Part shown: positions 37,309 to 47,272 of the stretch, piece by piece
Layout: the number at the start of each line of letters is the position of its first letter
Position numbering within the stretch: position 1 is the first letter of the stretch
From: Alphaproteobacteria bacterium
GTDB taxonomy: Bacteria; Pseudomonadota; Alphaproteobacteria; Rhodospirillales; Rhodospirillaceae
Reading direction: 5' to 3'
NCBI GenBank assembly: GCA_015233585.1
Contig: JADFXL010000001.1
Span: forward strand, 1 to 52,301
Length of the DNA: 52,301 nt
Position numbers and translations under genes: made by a program
Notes under the pieces: model-generated
What the model was told of the DNA's origin: nothing
What the model saw: only the letters and a program-made list of their open reading frames with translations
The model's database searches: none

Positions 37309-37404
37309 CGTCATGGCCGGGCTTGACCCGGCCATCCACGGCCCTCCGCCTGGCATCTTGTCTGGGGCAAGGCACGGATGGCCGGGACAAGCCCGGCCAT
37401 GACG
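37309..37404. repeat. Family C inverted pair of 29-nt hairpin modules (GRDKPGHD-type alphaproteobacterial repeat)
   Basis: The left module is cgtcatggccgggcttgacccggccatcc (37309-37337). The reverse complement of 37376-37404 is cgtcatggccgggcttgtcccggccatcc, one mismatch away. Each module is itself a 9-bp hairpin (atggccggg / cccggccat). Confidence 0.75.
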
Positions 37405-37511
37405 ATTGGAATTGAAAATCACCCATGTTCTTAGAAGTCCTCTTGTATGAAAACGAGGGGGGGCGGGCGACCATCCATCTCTTCGCGCCTCGTTGATTCA
37501 TGCCCACCCTC

Positions 37512-38312
37512 TCAGACGGCGGGTTCAGCCCTGGGCTGACAAATGGCCCGGCTGGAGTCCGTCCGGATAAAATCGACAATTTCCATCACCGCCGGATACG
37601 CAACAAACAGATCGGCTACATCGGCAATCCGTTCGGCCATGGTACCCTCTTGCGCAAACAAAAGCCGATAGGCATTGCGCAAAGCATGTATTTCGTCGCG
37701 AGAGAAATTTCTGCGCCGCAATCCAACCACATTAAGTCCCGACAGACGCGCGCGGTTACCCATGACCAAGCCATAGGGAATAACATCGTTTTCCACGCCC
37801 GACATGCCGCCCACCATGGCGTGGCGTCCGATACGAACGAATTGATGCACCGCCGACAGCCCCCCGAGCACGGCATAGCTGCCAACTTCGACATGTCCGG
37901 CAAGCGTGGCATTGTTCACCATGATAACGTGGTCCTGGACCTTGCAATCATGGGCGACGTGGGCGCCCACCATGAACAGACAGCTTTCGCCAACCTCCGT
38001 CACCATGCCGCCACCCTCGGTACCCGGATTCATTGTCACATGCTCACGGACAACCGTGTTGGCGCCAATGATAAGTTCGGAAGGCTCCCCGCGATATTTA
38101 AGATCCTGAGGCGGGTGACCGATGGAAGCGAACGGAAAGAATTTGCAGTTTTCTCCTACCTTGGTGCGGCCGTCCATAACCACATGGGAAACAAGCTCGA
38201 CCCCCGCCGCCAATTCAACCCTGGGACCAACCACGCAATAGGGACCAATGACAACCGTGTCGGCCAGTTTTGCCGCAGAGTCGACAACGGCAGTGGGATG
38301 AATGATCGTCAT
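37512..38312 (-). CDS. lpxA: Acyl-ACP--UDP-N-acetylglucosamine O-acyltransferase
   Basis: MTIIHPTAVVDSAAKLADTVVIGPYCVVGP, hexapeptide repeats, and a ~266-aa length. The ATG shares one nucleotide with the fabZ stop (TGATG). Confidence 0.92.
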   Translation of the reverse strand: MTIIHPTAVVDSAAKLADTVVIGPYCVVGPRVELAAGVELVSHVVMDGRTKVGENCKFFPFASIGHPPQDLKYRGEPSELIIGANTVVREHVTMNPGTEGGGMVTEVGESCLFMVGAHVAHDCKVQDHVIMVNNATLAGHVEVGSYAVLGGLSAVHQFVRIGRHAMVGGMSGVENDVIPYGLVMGNRARLSGLNVVGLRRRNFSRDEIHALRNAYRLLFAQEGTMAERIADVADLFVAYPAVMEIVDFIRTDSSRAICQPRAEPAV

Positions 38313-38779
38313 CAGCGGTCCACAATCATGGCGGTAAAGGTCGCATCGGCGACAAGGGTGTTGTCAACCATGGCGGCCCCCTTGAACTTCCAGACATTGC
38401 CACGTTGGCGCTGTTTCTGCACGTTAAGAAAAAGGCGATCGCCGGGAATGACAGGCTTGCGAAAGTGAGCGCGTTCCACGCTCATGAAGTAGACCAATCG
38501 CCCCTCGGCCTCCTCCCCCAGAGTCTCGACCACAAGAACCGCCGCCGTCTGCGCCATGGCCTCGACAATAAGAACGCCCGGCATGATGGGCCTGCCGGGA
38601 AAGTGGCCCTGAAAAAAGGGTTCGCTGACCGAGACATTCTTGATACCAGAGGCGCTGACATTGGATACCAGATCAACCACCCGATCGACCATCAGGAACG
38701 GATACCGATGCGGGATCATCTGCATGACCCGGTTGACATCAATCTGCTTCAGCTCCGATTTCACCGCCGTCGTGTCCAT
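38312..38779 (-). CDS. fabZ: 3-hydroxyacyl-ACP dehydratase FabZ
   Basis: IPHRYPFLMVDRV and HFPGRPIMPGVLIVEAMAQ motifs. ATG 38779 is preferred; the ORF track start at 38788 is a TTG. Confidence 0.9.
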   Translation of the reverse strand: MDTTAVKSELKQIDVNRVMQMIPHRYPFLMVDRVVDLVSNVSASGIKNVSVSEPFFQGHFPGRPIMPGVLIVEAMAQTAAVLVVETLGEEAEGRLVYFMSVERAHFRKPVIPGDRLFLNVQKQRQRGNVWKFKGAAMVDNTLVADATFTAMIVDR

Positions 38780-38812
38780 ACGCCGCAAACCCCCACATCC
38801 TGCACTTAACTA

Positions 38813-39835
38813 TCAGGTCTTATTCTTGGCCATTTGTTCCAGAATCGCCGTTTGACGCCAGTACTGTTTTGCTGGAAAAGCAGGACTGCCCGCGACAATC
38901 TCGCCCGGCGCCACATTCCGCATCACCCCGGCCTGAGCGGCGATTCGCGCTCCTGCCCCGATGGTCAAATGTCCTGTAAATCCGGCCTGACCGCCGACGG
39001 AAACAAAATCCCCAAGCTTGGTACTGCCAGAAATACCCAATTGCGCAACGAGAACGCACCCACGACCAAGCTCCACATTGTGTCCAATCTGCACCAGATT
39101 ATCAATACGGCAGCCGGACCCGATCACAGTGTCCGGTCCGGCCCCACGATCAATGGTCGTGTTTGATCCAATTTCAACGTCATCGTGAATAATCACTCTG
39201 CCAAGCTGCGGCACCCGCACATGGCCTTCCCGCCCCATCGCGAAACCAAACCCGTCCTGACCGATACAGGCCCCAGGATAAACAATCACCCGGCGTCCCA
39301 AAATGCAGTGGCTAAGGACGGCATTGGCGCCCACCACGCATTCATCGCCAAGAATCACCCCGGCGCCAATCACCGCGTTCGCCCCAATCCGGCACCGCTG
39401 TCCAATCTCGACCCTGGGACCAATGACAGCCCCTGCATCGACGCGGCTCCTCTCGCCGATCGTCGCGGAAGGATCAACCGCCGCGCGCCCATCCACATAC
39501 CGCGCTTCCGGCACGGCCTCTGGATAGAATGCCTGGGCAATAAGGGCATAAGCCCGATAAGGTTCCCGCGATAGCAACAGCGCCATGCCAGACGGCGCCC
39601 GGTGAGCGTGCGAAGCATGAACCACACACGCCCCCGCTCCACTGGAGGCAAAGGCCTCCAGATATTTAGGGTTATCGAGGAAACTGATGTGTTCCGGCCC
39701 CGCCCGATCCAGCGGCGCGACATCCTGGATCATCCGGGTCTCGTCCACGCCGGAGGCGATCTCGGCGCCGGCCAGACGGGATAGCGCGGCGAGCGTGAAC
39801 GGTCCCGCGACGGAAAAAAACCTCGGATCGGCCAT
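38813..39835 (-). CDS. lpxD: UDP-3-O-acylglucosamine N-acyltransferase
   Basis: 340 aa with N-terminus [14 protein letters not shown] and a long left-handed beta-helix of hexapeptide repeats. Its position between skp and fabZ fits lpxD. Confidence 0.9.
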   Translation of the reverse strand: MADPRFFSVAGPFTLAALSRLAGAEIASGVDETRMIQDVAPLDRAGPEHISFLDNPKYLEAFASSGAGACVVHASHAHRAPSGMALLLSREPYRAYALIAQAFYPEAVPEARYVDGRAAVDPSATIGERSRVDAGAVIGPRVEIGQRCRIGANAVIGAGVILGDECVVGANAVLSHCILGRRVIVYPGACIGQDGFGFAMGREGHVRVPQLGRVIIHDDVEIGSNTTIDRGAGPDTVIGSGCRIDNLVQIGHNVELGRGCVLVAQLGISGSTKLGDFVSVGGQAGFTGHLTIGAGARIAAQAGVMRNVAPGEIVAGSPAFPAKQYWRQTAILEQMAKNKT

Positions 39836-39838
39836 AGA

Positions 39839-40483
39839 TCAATTCTCGGGTTCAGGATTTGGTTGCGGAGTCGCTTCAGGACCGGATTGCGGAATCTTGG
39901 TTGGGTCCGCTACCGCTACCTTCGGCAGAATCTTGTTGAGGCGCTCCATGACGGCATCGGTAATGTCGTACTTGCCGGAGAAGAGAAAAGTCGACGAGCT
40001 GTTCAACACCATCGTAACGCCTTTTTCCTTGGCAACGGCGGCACTGATCTCGATGATGTGTTTATGAATTTTCTCCACCGCATCGCTGGTAACCTTATCG
40101 ACGTTACGGCGCCGCACATCCACCATATGCTGAAAATCGGAAAGACGCTGGCGGAAAGCGTTCTGTTTCTCGGCAAAAGCATCCGCTGACAACAGCGTCT
40201 GCTGGCGGCTCAGTTCCTGGCCTGCGTCACGCAATTCCTTTTCCTCTTTCGAAGTTTCGGTCTGGTAGACGCTCAAATACTGTTCCCGCTGTTTCCTAAC
40301 CCCAGAACCGGCGGCAGAATCAACCATCGCCCGTTGTAAATCGATAATTGCCAGCACTGGCGGCGGCAACGGCGGTTCCGCCGCTTTGGCAGGGAACAAG
40401 GAAGCAAACAAGACCAGCGTCAGAACAATGACGACGATCCCCGTCTTCTGGCCGCCACCCGCACCAAATACTTGCCTGTACAT
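39839..40483 (-). CDS. OmpH/Skp family periplasmic chaperone
   Basis: Signal peptide (IVVIVLTLVLFASLFPAKA) and a Lys/Glu/Gln-rich helical body. Its position between bamA and lpxD fits Skp. ATG 40483 lies 1 nt after the bamA stop; the ORF track start 40540 would overlap bamA. Confidence 0.78.
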   Translation of the reverse strand: MYRQVFGAGGGQKTGIVVIVLTLVLFASLFPAKAAEPPLPPPVLAIIDLQRAMVDSAAGSGVRKQREQYLSVYQTETSKEEKELRDAGQELSRQQTLLSADAFAEKQNAFRQRLSDFQHMVDVRRRNVDKVTSDAVEKIHKHIIEISAAVAKEKGVTMVLNSSSTFLFSGKYDITDAVMERLNKILPKVAVADPTKIPQSGPEATPQPNPEPEN

Positions 40484-40484
40484 A

Positions 40485-42809
40485 TTAAAACCTCGATCCG
40501 AAGTTAAAACGGAAAAACTCCGTTTTGTCAAAAGACTCACGCGTCATCGGCAAAGCCAAGTCGATGCTCACCGGCCCCATCGGCGACTTCCACGTCACCC
40601 CCGCCCCCGCCGTTGAGCGTAGCGAGCTGGAAACGTTCACCTGCGAGGTATTGACATTATCAGGATTGCCGATAGTGCCGAAATCGGAGAACACATGTCC
40701 GGTCAACCCAATTTCTTTCGGCAGCCCAAACGGGAAATTGACTTCGGTAGTACCATTGAGCACCCAATTGCCGCCAAGAGCATCCCCGGTTGTTTTGTCC
40801 CGTGGACTGACACCAGAGACAGCAAAGCCCCGCAAGGTCTCACCGCCCAGGAAAAAGCGATCCGTAATACGAACGTCCTGATTCAGGCCAAAGATGTAAC
40901 CAGCGTCCCCCCCGACCTTCAAAACCCACTGGTCACCCAGGGGAAAATACTTGATCGCGTCAAGATTGGTACGGAGATATCTCTCATCCCCTCCAGCCCC
41001 GGCCACATCATTGCTAAGACGCACGACATGCCCTTCGGTCGGATTGATGCGACTGTCCCGCTTATCATAGGTAAGACTTTGGCCGAACGACGAGGTGACC
41101 GTCGTGCCCGCCTCATCCAGAATATAGATCGACGCCCCCGGCTGGATGTTCTTTACGGTATCGCTCTTCAGGGCATAGCTGAACGCCTGCATCCACGCAT
41201 CATTGTATCTGAAACCGGTCCGTAACTTTCCGCCGACGGTGGTTTCGGTATAGGAACTTTGCGAGGTCAAATCGGTCCTGACGGCAAACACATCGAAACC
41301 CGCCGCCAATTCACGATCCAGGAAATATGGCTCGGTATAGCTGAGATTGACCTGGCTCTGCTTTTGGCCAATCGTGGCTTGCAACTGCAAATCCTGAGCC
41401 GTTCCCAGAAGATTACGCTCACGCAAGCCGACCTGGAACATGGCACCACCGGTGGTGGACCAACCGATGCCAAACGACAAGTCGCCCGTGGATTTCTCCT
41501 GGATATTCACCTTGACGACGGTACGATCCGCCGCCGTTTCCGAGGGGCCATTGGTGATATCGACCTTCTCGAAGAAATCAAGATCCTCAAGCCGTTTGCG
41601 TGCATGACGAATTTTCGCCGAACTGAAAGCATCGCCTTCGACCATCCGAAATTCACGCCGAATCACCTTATCCAGGGTTCGCAAGTTGCCGGTAATATCG
41701 ATGCGCTCTACGTAGACGCGCGGACCTTCCACAATATCAAACGTGATATCGACCGTATGCTGTTCGCGGTTGCGGTTGACGTGGGGACGTACTTCAGCAA
41801 AGGCATAGCCAAGGGTACCAGCGGTATCGGTCAGATTCTGAACGCTCTTCTCGACCTCGTCGGCATTATACCAGCTCCCCTTTTCCGAGGTAACCGAGTC
41901 CACCAGATCCGCGACTTTGAGCTTGGGGAGAGAGGTCGTGACGTTGACATCGCCGTAGTGATAGCGCTGCCCTTCCTCAATCGTGATGGTGACGTAGAAA
42001 TTCTCCCGATCCGGCGTCAACTCCGCCACGGCCGATACAACCCGGAAATCCGCGTACCCGTGTTTCAGGTAAAAGCGGCGCAGCAACTCACGATCATAGG
42101 TCAGACGGTCGGGATCGTAGGTATCGTTCTGAGTCAGGAACCGGTACCAGCGTTCCTCCTTCGTAGCGAGAATATCACGCAGATCCGAATCGCTGTATTC
42201 ATGATTGCCGACCAGATTAATGCGCCGTACATAGGTTGGCGGACCCTCATTAATCTCGAACACGAGATCAACCCGGTTCTGGTTGCGTTGAATCACTTTG
42301 GGTTCAACAGTAGCGGCAAAACGGCCACGGCGCCGGTACAGTTCGATGATACGCTGAACGTCGCCCTGCACCTTGGTCCGGGTGTAGACGATGCGCGGCT
42401 GCAACTGGATTTCTTTGCTCAACGCATCTTCCTTGATGCGCTTGTTGCCTTCAAACGCGATGCGATTGATGATCGGGTTTTCGACAACCTTGATCACCAG
42501 CCGGGTTCCCTCGCGATGCAGAACGACGTCAGCGAACAACCCGGTGGCGAACAGACTCTTCAGCGAGCGATCGATCCGTTCAGAATCGAAAGGATCCCCC
42601 TGATGAATAAACAGATAGGAACGCACCGTCTCCGGTTCGATCCGCTGCGTTCCATCCACCACGATGGCCGATATGGTTGTCGGATCAGCCGATATGAGTG
42701 ACGTATCAGATTGAGAGTAACCGGGCGAAGCGCCAAAAAGCGCCAGCAGGACACCAACACGCCATAGGCGAGTGCTATTTAAGCTGAGCAAAATTCCCCC
42801 GTTACCCAA
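40485..42809 (-). CDS. bamA: Outer membrane protein assembly factor BamA
   Basis: 774 aa with POTRA repeats (IVVDGTQRIEPETVRSYL...) and a C-terminal beta-barrel ending FRFNFGSRF. Only a TTG start is available at 42809, so the start is uncertain. Confidence 0.92.
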   Translation of the reverse strand: MGNGGILLSLNSTRLWRVGVLLALFGASPGYSQSDTSLISADPTTISAIVVDGTQRIEPETVRSYLFIHQGDPFDSERIDRSLKSLFATGLFADVVLHREGTRLVIKVVENPIINRIAFEGNKRIKEDALSKEIQLQPRIVYTRTKVQGDVQRIIELYRRRGRFAATVEPKVIQRNQNRVDLVFEINEGPPTYVRRINLVGNHEYSDSDLRDILATKEERWYRFLTQNDTYDPDRLTYDRELLRRFYLKHGYADFRVVSAVAELTPDRENFYVTITIEEGQRYHYGDVNVTTSLPKLKVADLVDSVTSEKGSWYNADEVEKSVQNLTDTAGTLGYAFAEVRPHVNRNREQHTVDITFDIVEGPRVYVERIDITGNLRTLDKVIRREFRMVEGDAFSSAKIRHARKRLEDLDFFEKVDITNGPSETAADRTVVKVNIQEKSTGDLSFGIGWSTTGGAMFQVGLRERNLLGTAQDLQLQATIGQKQSQVNLSYTEPYFLDRELAAGFDVFAVRTDLTSQSSYTETTVGGKLRTGFRYNDAWMQAFSYALKSDTVKNIQPGASIYILDEAGTTVTSSFGQSLTYDKRDSRINPTEGHVVRLSNDVAGAGGDERYLRTNLDAIKYFPLGDQWVLKVGGDAGYIFGLNQDVRITDRFFLGGETLRGFAVSGVSPRDKTTGDALGGNWVLNGTTEVNFPFGLPKEIGLTGHVFSDFGTIGNPDNVNTSQVNVSSSLRSTAGAGVTWKSPMGPVSIDLALPMTRESFDKTEFFRFNFGSRF

Positions 42810-42816
42810 AAAGCCT

Positions 42817-43956
42817 CTACGACACCAAGCGGATAAGATAGTCCAGAACCTTCATATGAATCAGATCGTTCCAGGTCGCAAATACCATCAGACTCATTAC
42901 CAGAATCATCCCAACCTTCAAGCCAAACTCTTGTGTCCGCTCGGCCAGGGGACGCCCCCGCAAACCCTCTATAGCATAAAAAAGGAGGTGTCCTCCATCA
43001 AGTAGGGGCACAGGGAAGATATTAATCAAACCGAGATTGATCGACAGAAAGGCAACAAACGTTATGAAATTCGCGGCGCCGTTCCTCGCGGCCTGGCTGG
43101 AAAATTGGGCTATTCGCAGGGGTCCGCCCAAATCGTCCGCGCCACGAGTGCCGGCGATCATCTGGCCCATCGATACCAGCGCCCCCTCCCCCACGTCATA
43201 GGTCTGTTTCAATGCCGCCGTCAGGGCCTTCCACGGGCCATGGCGCACCATGAGTTGAAGCGCGCCGCTGACCTTGATACCAAGCAGAGGGGAGCGGTGG
43301 ACATTGCCAAAATTATCGGTGACCTGGGCCATTCTGGGAGTCACCGACAAAGTGTAGGATTTGCCGCCACGATCCACCGCAACCGTCATGACACCGCCGC
43401 TGGACAGCAGAACCAAACGCTGAATATCGCCAAACTGGCTGATCGAATGGCCGTCGATTTGCACAATCCGGTCACCCGCGCGAACACCACCTGCATCGGC
43501 GGCGCTTCCCGCCACGACTTCACCAACCACAGGCGGAATAATCGGCTCCCCTATCGTCGCAAACATGACCGTGAACACGACGATCGCGAAGATGACATTG
43601 GCCAGCGGCCCCGCCACCACGATCGCAGCGCGCTGTAACAGACGCTTGTGTTGAAAGGACACCGCCCGCTCTTCCGAAGTCATCTCGCGGGTGGTATCGG
43701 CAGTCGCGCTGGCGGCATCCGCATCGCCGAACATCTTCACATAGCCGCCCAACGGCATCAGACTGAGTTTCCACCGGGTACCGCGACGATCGGTCCAGCC
43801 AATCAGTTCGGGGCCAAAGCCGATGGAAAACGTATCGATACGCACCCCATTCCAGCGGGCAACCAGGAAATGCCCCATTTCATGCACAAAGACCACAATC
43901 GTCAGGACCAGCAGAAAGGGCGGGACGTTATCCCGCAAACCAACCAGAAACTCCAT
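42817..43956 (-). CDS. rseP: RIP metalloprotease RseP (site-2 protease, M50)
   Basis: HEMGHFLVAR zinc motif near the N-terminus, a PDZ region (GSAADAGGVRAGDRIVQIDG), and the C-terminal NIFPVPLLDGGHLL motif. ATG 43956 or ATG 43989 could be the start. Confidence 0.85.
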   Translation of the reverse strand: MEFLVGLRDNVPPFLLVLTIVVFVHEMGHFLVARWNGVRIDTFSIGFGPELIGWTDRRGTRWKLSLMPLGGYVKMFGDADAASATADTTREMTSEERAVSFQHKRLLQRAAIVVAGPLANVIFAIVVFTVMFATIGEPIIPPVVGEVVAGSAADAGGVRAGDRIVQIDGHSISQFGDIQRLVLLSSGGVMTVAVDRGGKSYTLSVTPRMAQVTDNFGNVHRSPLLGIKVSGALQLMVRHGPWKALTAALKQTYDVGEGALVSMGQMIAGTRGADDLGGPLRIAQFSSQAARNGAANFITFVAFLSINLGLINIFPVPLLDGGHLLFYAIEGLRGRPLAERTQEFGLKVGMILVMSLMVFATWNDLIHMKVLDYLIRLVS

Positions 43957-44034
43957 GCCTAACGATCCATTTCCAGGTAAATACCACATTTATGGCATAT
44001 CGGGGGATTAACGCACCCATCCATAGCCTACACA

Positions 44035-45264
44035 TCACCTCGCCGCAATCGCTGTGCCCACCAGTGAGTCGGCCACACGCCGCGCCAAGGCATCCATTTC
44101 AAGTACCTCCTCCAGATTGGCAGGAGCACCGCCGGATACAAGACCCAGCGTCCGCTCGACGATCTCGGCAATATCGAGAAAACCGATCGCGCCGGAAAGA
44201 AATTTTTGAACGGCCACTTCGTTGGCCGCATTGAAAACCGCCGGGGCGGCACCCCCATTTCGCAAAGCTTGCCGGGCCAGGCGCAAGCTTGGGAAACGAA
44301 CCGGATCCGGGCGTTCGAAGGTCAGACTTCCTATAGCTGCAAGGTCGAGGCGAAGAACGGGGGCGACGATTCGCTCGGGCCAGCCCAGAGCAAACGCAAT
44401 GGGCGTGCGCATGTCCGGTGATCCCATCTGCGCCAGCACCGACCCATCGCTGTAGGCAACCATGCTGTGGATGACCGATTGGGGATGGACAAGAATTTCG
44501 ATGCGTTCCTCGGGCAGCCGGAACAGGTGGTGAGCCTCGATCAGCTCCAGCCCCTTGTTCATCATGGTTGCCGAGTCCACGGAGATCTTGGCCCCCATGC
44601 TCCAGTTGGGATGCGCCACGGCCTCCGCCGGGGTTACCGAAGCCATCGCCTGACGATCCCGCGTTCGGAACGGCCCCCCGGAGGCGGTAAGAACGATTTT
44701 TTCGACCTGGTCCAGCTTGGCTGGATCAAAAACCTGAAAAATGGCGCTGTGTTCAGAGTCGACCGGCAACAAAGTGGCGCCGTTGTTGCGCACGGAGGCC
44801 ATGACAAGATCCCCGGCACACACCAGACTCTCCTTGTTGGCCAGGGCCACAATGGCCCCACGTCCCACGGCAGCCAGAGTCGGACGCAGCCCCGCCGCAC
44901 CGACAATCGCCGCCATCACCCACTCGGCGGGCCGAAGGGCGGCCTCAACGACGGCCTCCGCCCCCACGGCCACGACGATGCCAGTTCCAGACAAGGCTTC
45001 TTTAAGAACGGTACCCGCTCGCGGATCGGCAACCGCTACCAAACGTGGGCGTAGCGCCAGGGCTTGCCGGGCCAGCAACTCGACGTTGGAATAAGCCGCC
45101 AAGGCCTCGACGCGGAAGCGTTCCGGATGGCGGGAAACAAGATCGACTGTGCTACAGCCAATCGACCCGGTTGACCCAAGGATGGTAACACTACGCCTTG
45201 GACCGTTGTATTCGGCCTCGGCCGTCACGGACGCCACCATCTCCTCGGTACCCCTCACCGCCAC
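44035..45264 (-). CDS. dxr: 1-deoxy-D-xylulose 5-phosphate reductoisomerase
   Basis: ILGSTGSIGCST, LANKESLV and PVDSEHSAIFQ motifs. The start is GTG 45264 (overlapping cdsA by 10 nt) or ATG 45240. Confidence 0.9.
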   Translation of the reverse strand: MAVRGTEEMVASVTAEAEYNGPRRSVTILGSTGSIGCSTVDLVSRHPERFRVEALAAYSNVELLARQALALRPRLVAVADPRAGTVLKEALSGTGIVVAVGAEAVVEAALRPAEWVMAAIVGAAGLRPTLAAVGRGAIVALANKESLVCAGDLVMASVRNNGATLLPVDSEHSAIFQVFDPAKLDQVEKIVLTASGGPFRTRDRQAMASVTPAEAVAHPNWSMGAKISVDSATMMNKGLELIEAHHLFRLPEERIEILVHPQSVIHSMVAYSDGSVLAQMGSPDMRTPIAFALGWPERIVAPVLRLDLAAIGSLTFERPDPVRFPSLRLARQALRNGGAAPAVFNAANEVAVQKFLSGAIGFLDIAEIVERTLGLVSGGAPANLEEVLEMDALARRVADSLVGTAIAAR

Positions 45265-45896
45265 AACAGAACCCCACCGCCGGCGAACCAGACCCCGACA
45301 GCGGCGAACGGTGCCGCCGTCAGCAGCCCGTCCACACGATCCAGAACCCCACCATGTCCGGGGATGATCCTACCGGAGTCTTTCACGCCAAAGCGACGCT
45401 TCATTTTGGATTCAAGCAGATCGCCAGCTTCCGCTATGATTGAGACTCCCACGCTGGCCAGCATTATCACGACAACACCGGACGTGTGCAACACCGCCGC
45501 TGTGCCGTAGCCCACCGCCACCGCCGCCGTAATCCCGCCAACCGCACCCGACCAGGTTTTCTTTGGGCTGATCGCCGGCGCCAGCAACGGGCCGCCAACC
45601 AGACGCCCGACCAGATAGGCGGCAATATCGGTTGCCCACACCACCACGAACAACCAGAAGACCGTTTCCATGCCGGCAACTGCGCGCAGCCACAGCAAAG
45701 CCGCAACCGGTGCCCCAATGTACAGCGCGCCAACAACCAGCCACCCCGGGTGCCGACGACACATCCTGTCCCATTCCAGCGCCATCACCAGAGCAAACAG
45801 CGCCGTCATGACTTCAAAATACGGATGCCCGTAATAGGTCACCAGAATCACTGGGGGCAGAAGGACAATAGTGGAAAGAAAACGCAAACCAAGCAA
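45255..45896 (-). CDS. cdsA: Phosphatidate cytidylyltransferase (compact form)
   Basis: C-terminal signature KRRFGVKDSGRIIPGHGGVLDRVDGLL and multiple TM segments. At 213 aa with only a TTG start, it is shorter than the ~270 aa I expect for CdsA. Confidence 0.78.
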   Translation of the reverse strand: MLGLRFLSTIVLLPPVILVTYYGHPYFEVMTALFALVMALEWDRMCRRHPGWLVVGALYIGAPVAALLWLRAVAGMETVFWLFVVVWATDIAAYLVGRLVGGPLLAPAISPKKTWSGAVGGITAAVAVGYGTAAVLHTSGVVVIMLASVGVSIIAEAGDLLESKMKRRFGVKDSGRIIPGHGGVLDRVDGLLTAAPFAAVGVWFAGGGVLLWR

Positions 45897-45962
45897 TGCG
45901 TTACCGCCTTATCCTGAGAAATGAGTCGAATACCGGACGGCAATCCGTTCGTGCACGGCGGC

Positions 45963-46706
45963 TCATCCCGGAACCGCGCCATATCGCCGCTCGCGGCGGT
46001 GGAATTCGCCAACTGCGCGTTCCAGATCCTCTCGACCGAAATCAGGCCATAAGGTCTCGACGAAGATCAACTCGGAATAGGCGGCTTGCCACAACAGAAA
46101 GTTACTGATGCGTTTTTCACCGCTGGTGCGGATGATAAGATCGGGATCGGGAATATCGGAGGTAAATAAATTCGCCGCAAACCGGTGCTCGTCAATATCA
46201 CCGGCGAGGAGTCGGCCTGCGGCAACCTCCTCGGCCAACTGACGCGCGGCGCGCACGATTTCCAGACGCCCGCCATAACTGAGCGCCACCGTCAGAGTAA
46301 GGCCCGTATTTCCAGCGGTCAGCTTTTCCGCATCCCCGATTAACGCCACGATATCAGGGTCAAGGCGGTCGCGGTCGCCGATGATGCGCATCCGCACCCC
46401 GTCGCGGTGTAAACCAGCGACTTCGCCTCGTAGATACAGGCGCAACAACCCCATGAGGTCACGAACCTCGCCCGTGGGGCGCCGCCAGTTCTCGGAAGAA
46501 AAACCGAACAAGGTCAGGTAGTCGATACCAAGACCGGCCGCAGCCCGCACGGCAACACGCACCGCTTCCACCCCGCGCCGATGACCAGCCACCCTGGGCA
46601 AGCCTCGCGCTTTGGCCCACCGCCCGTTGCCATCCATAATGATGGCCACGTGCCGTGGCGGCTCCTGCGGTTCCACTCGAAGTGGTTGCAAATCCATCCG
46701 TATCAC
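45963..46706 (-). CDS. uppS: Isoprenyl transferase (undecaprenyl diphosphate synthase)
   Basis: [23 protein letters not shown] and [21 protein letters not shown] motifs. Confidence 0.9.
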   Translation of the reverse strand: MIRMDLQPLRVEPQEPPRHVAIIMDGNGRWAKARGLPRVAGHRRGVEAVRVAVRAAAGLGIDYLTLFGFSSENWRRPTGEVRDLMGLLRLYLRGEVAGLHRDGVRMRIIGDRDRLDPDIVALIGDAEKLTAGNTGLTLTVALSYGGRLEIVRAARQLAEEVAAGRLLAGDIDEHRFAANLFTSDIPDPDLIIRTSGEKRISNFLLWQAAYSELIFVETLWPDFGREDLERAVGEFHRRERRYGAVPG

Positions 46707-47269
46707 ACCTGCATTATTTCTTTTTCTTTGGAAACAAAAGCTTCGTCGATGCGCTTGATACGCTCGTCGGTCAGCGTCTGGATCTCGGTCGAGTACTGCC
46801 GGTGTTGATCCTGGGAGATATCGCCGTCCTTCTCCAGACGTTTAAGGCTTTCCATACCGTCGCGGCGGACATTGCGCACCGAGATTTTGGCCTGCTCCGA
46901 ATATTTGCTGGCGATCTTGGTAATCTCCGTCCGGCGTTCCTCGTTGAGCGCAGGGATCGGCACCCGCACGGTCAAACCATCGGGCGAAGGATTGAGTCCC
47001 AGCCCGGCTTCGCGGATGGCCTTTTCCACAGCCTTGACCAGGGCCTTGTCCCACACCTGAACCGTAATCATCCGCGCCTCGGGCACCGATATGGTGCCAA
47101 CGGAGCTGATCGGCACGGAACTGCCATAGGCTTCGACCATGACCGGCTCCAGCAAGCTGGTGGACGCACGGCCAGTACGCAGACCGGCAAATTCCTTCCT
47201 GAGAACTTCCACCGCCGTGTCCATACGGCGCGTCAAATCTTTGCGCAAATCGGCGTAGGTCGCAGACAC
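46703..47269 (-). CDS. frr: Ribosome recycling factor
   Basis: 188 aa with [19 protein letters not shown] and [25 protein letters not shown] start. Confidence 0.92.
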   Translation of the reverse strand: MSATYADLRKDLTRRMDTAVEVLRKEFAGLRTGRASTSLLEPVMVEAYGSSVPISSVGTISVPEARMITVQVWDKALVKAVEKAIREAGLGLNPSPDGLTVRVPIPALNEERRTEITKIASKYSEQAKISVRNVRRDGMESLKRLEKDGDISQDQHRQYSTEIQTLTDERIKRIDEAFVSKEKEIMQV

Positions 47270-47272
47270 GGC

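Noticed and set aside
37155-37404. Possible CRISPR array, given the many short palindromic repeats
   Set aside because: The repeats are heterogeneous, irregularly spaced, too short, and lack unique spacers of constant length. No cas genes occur in the window.
37094-37579. 161-aa minus-strand ORF spanning the lpxA-lpxI spacer
   Set aside because: Its sequence is the translation of stacked repeats (..GRVKPGHDG.., ..WGYAPNPLFF..), and it overlaps the lpxA 3' end and the lpxI 5' end. It is most likely not a gene.
41259-42701. 480-aa plus-strand ORF, with similar cases at 37500-38468 and 48428-49468
   Set aside because: They are antisense shadows of bamA, lpxA and tsf respectively. The real genes on the minus strand have clear family signatures.
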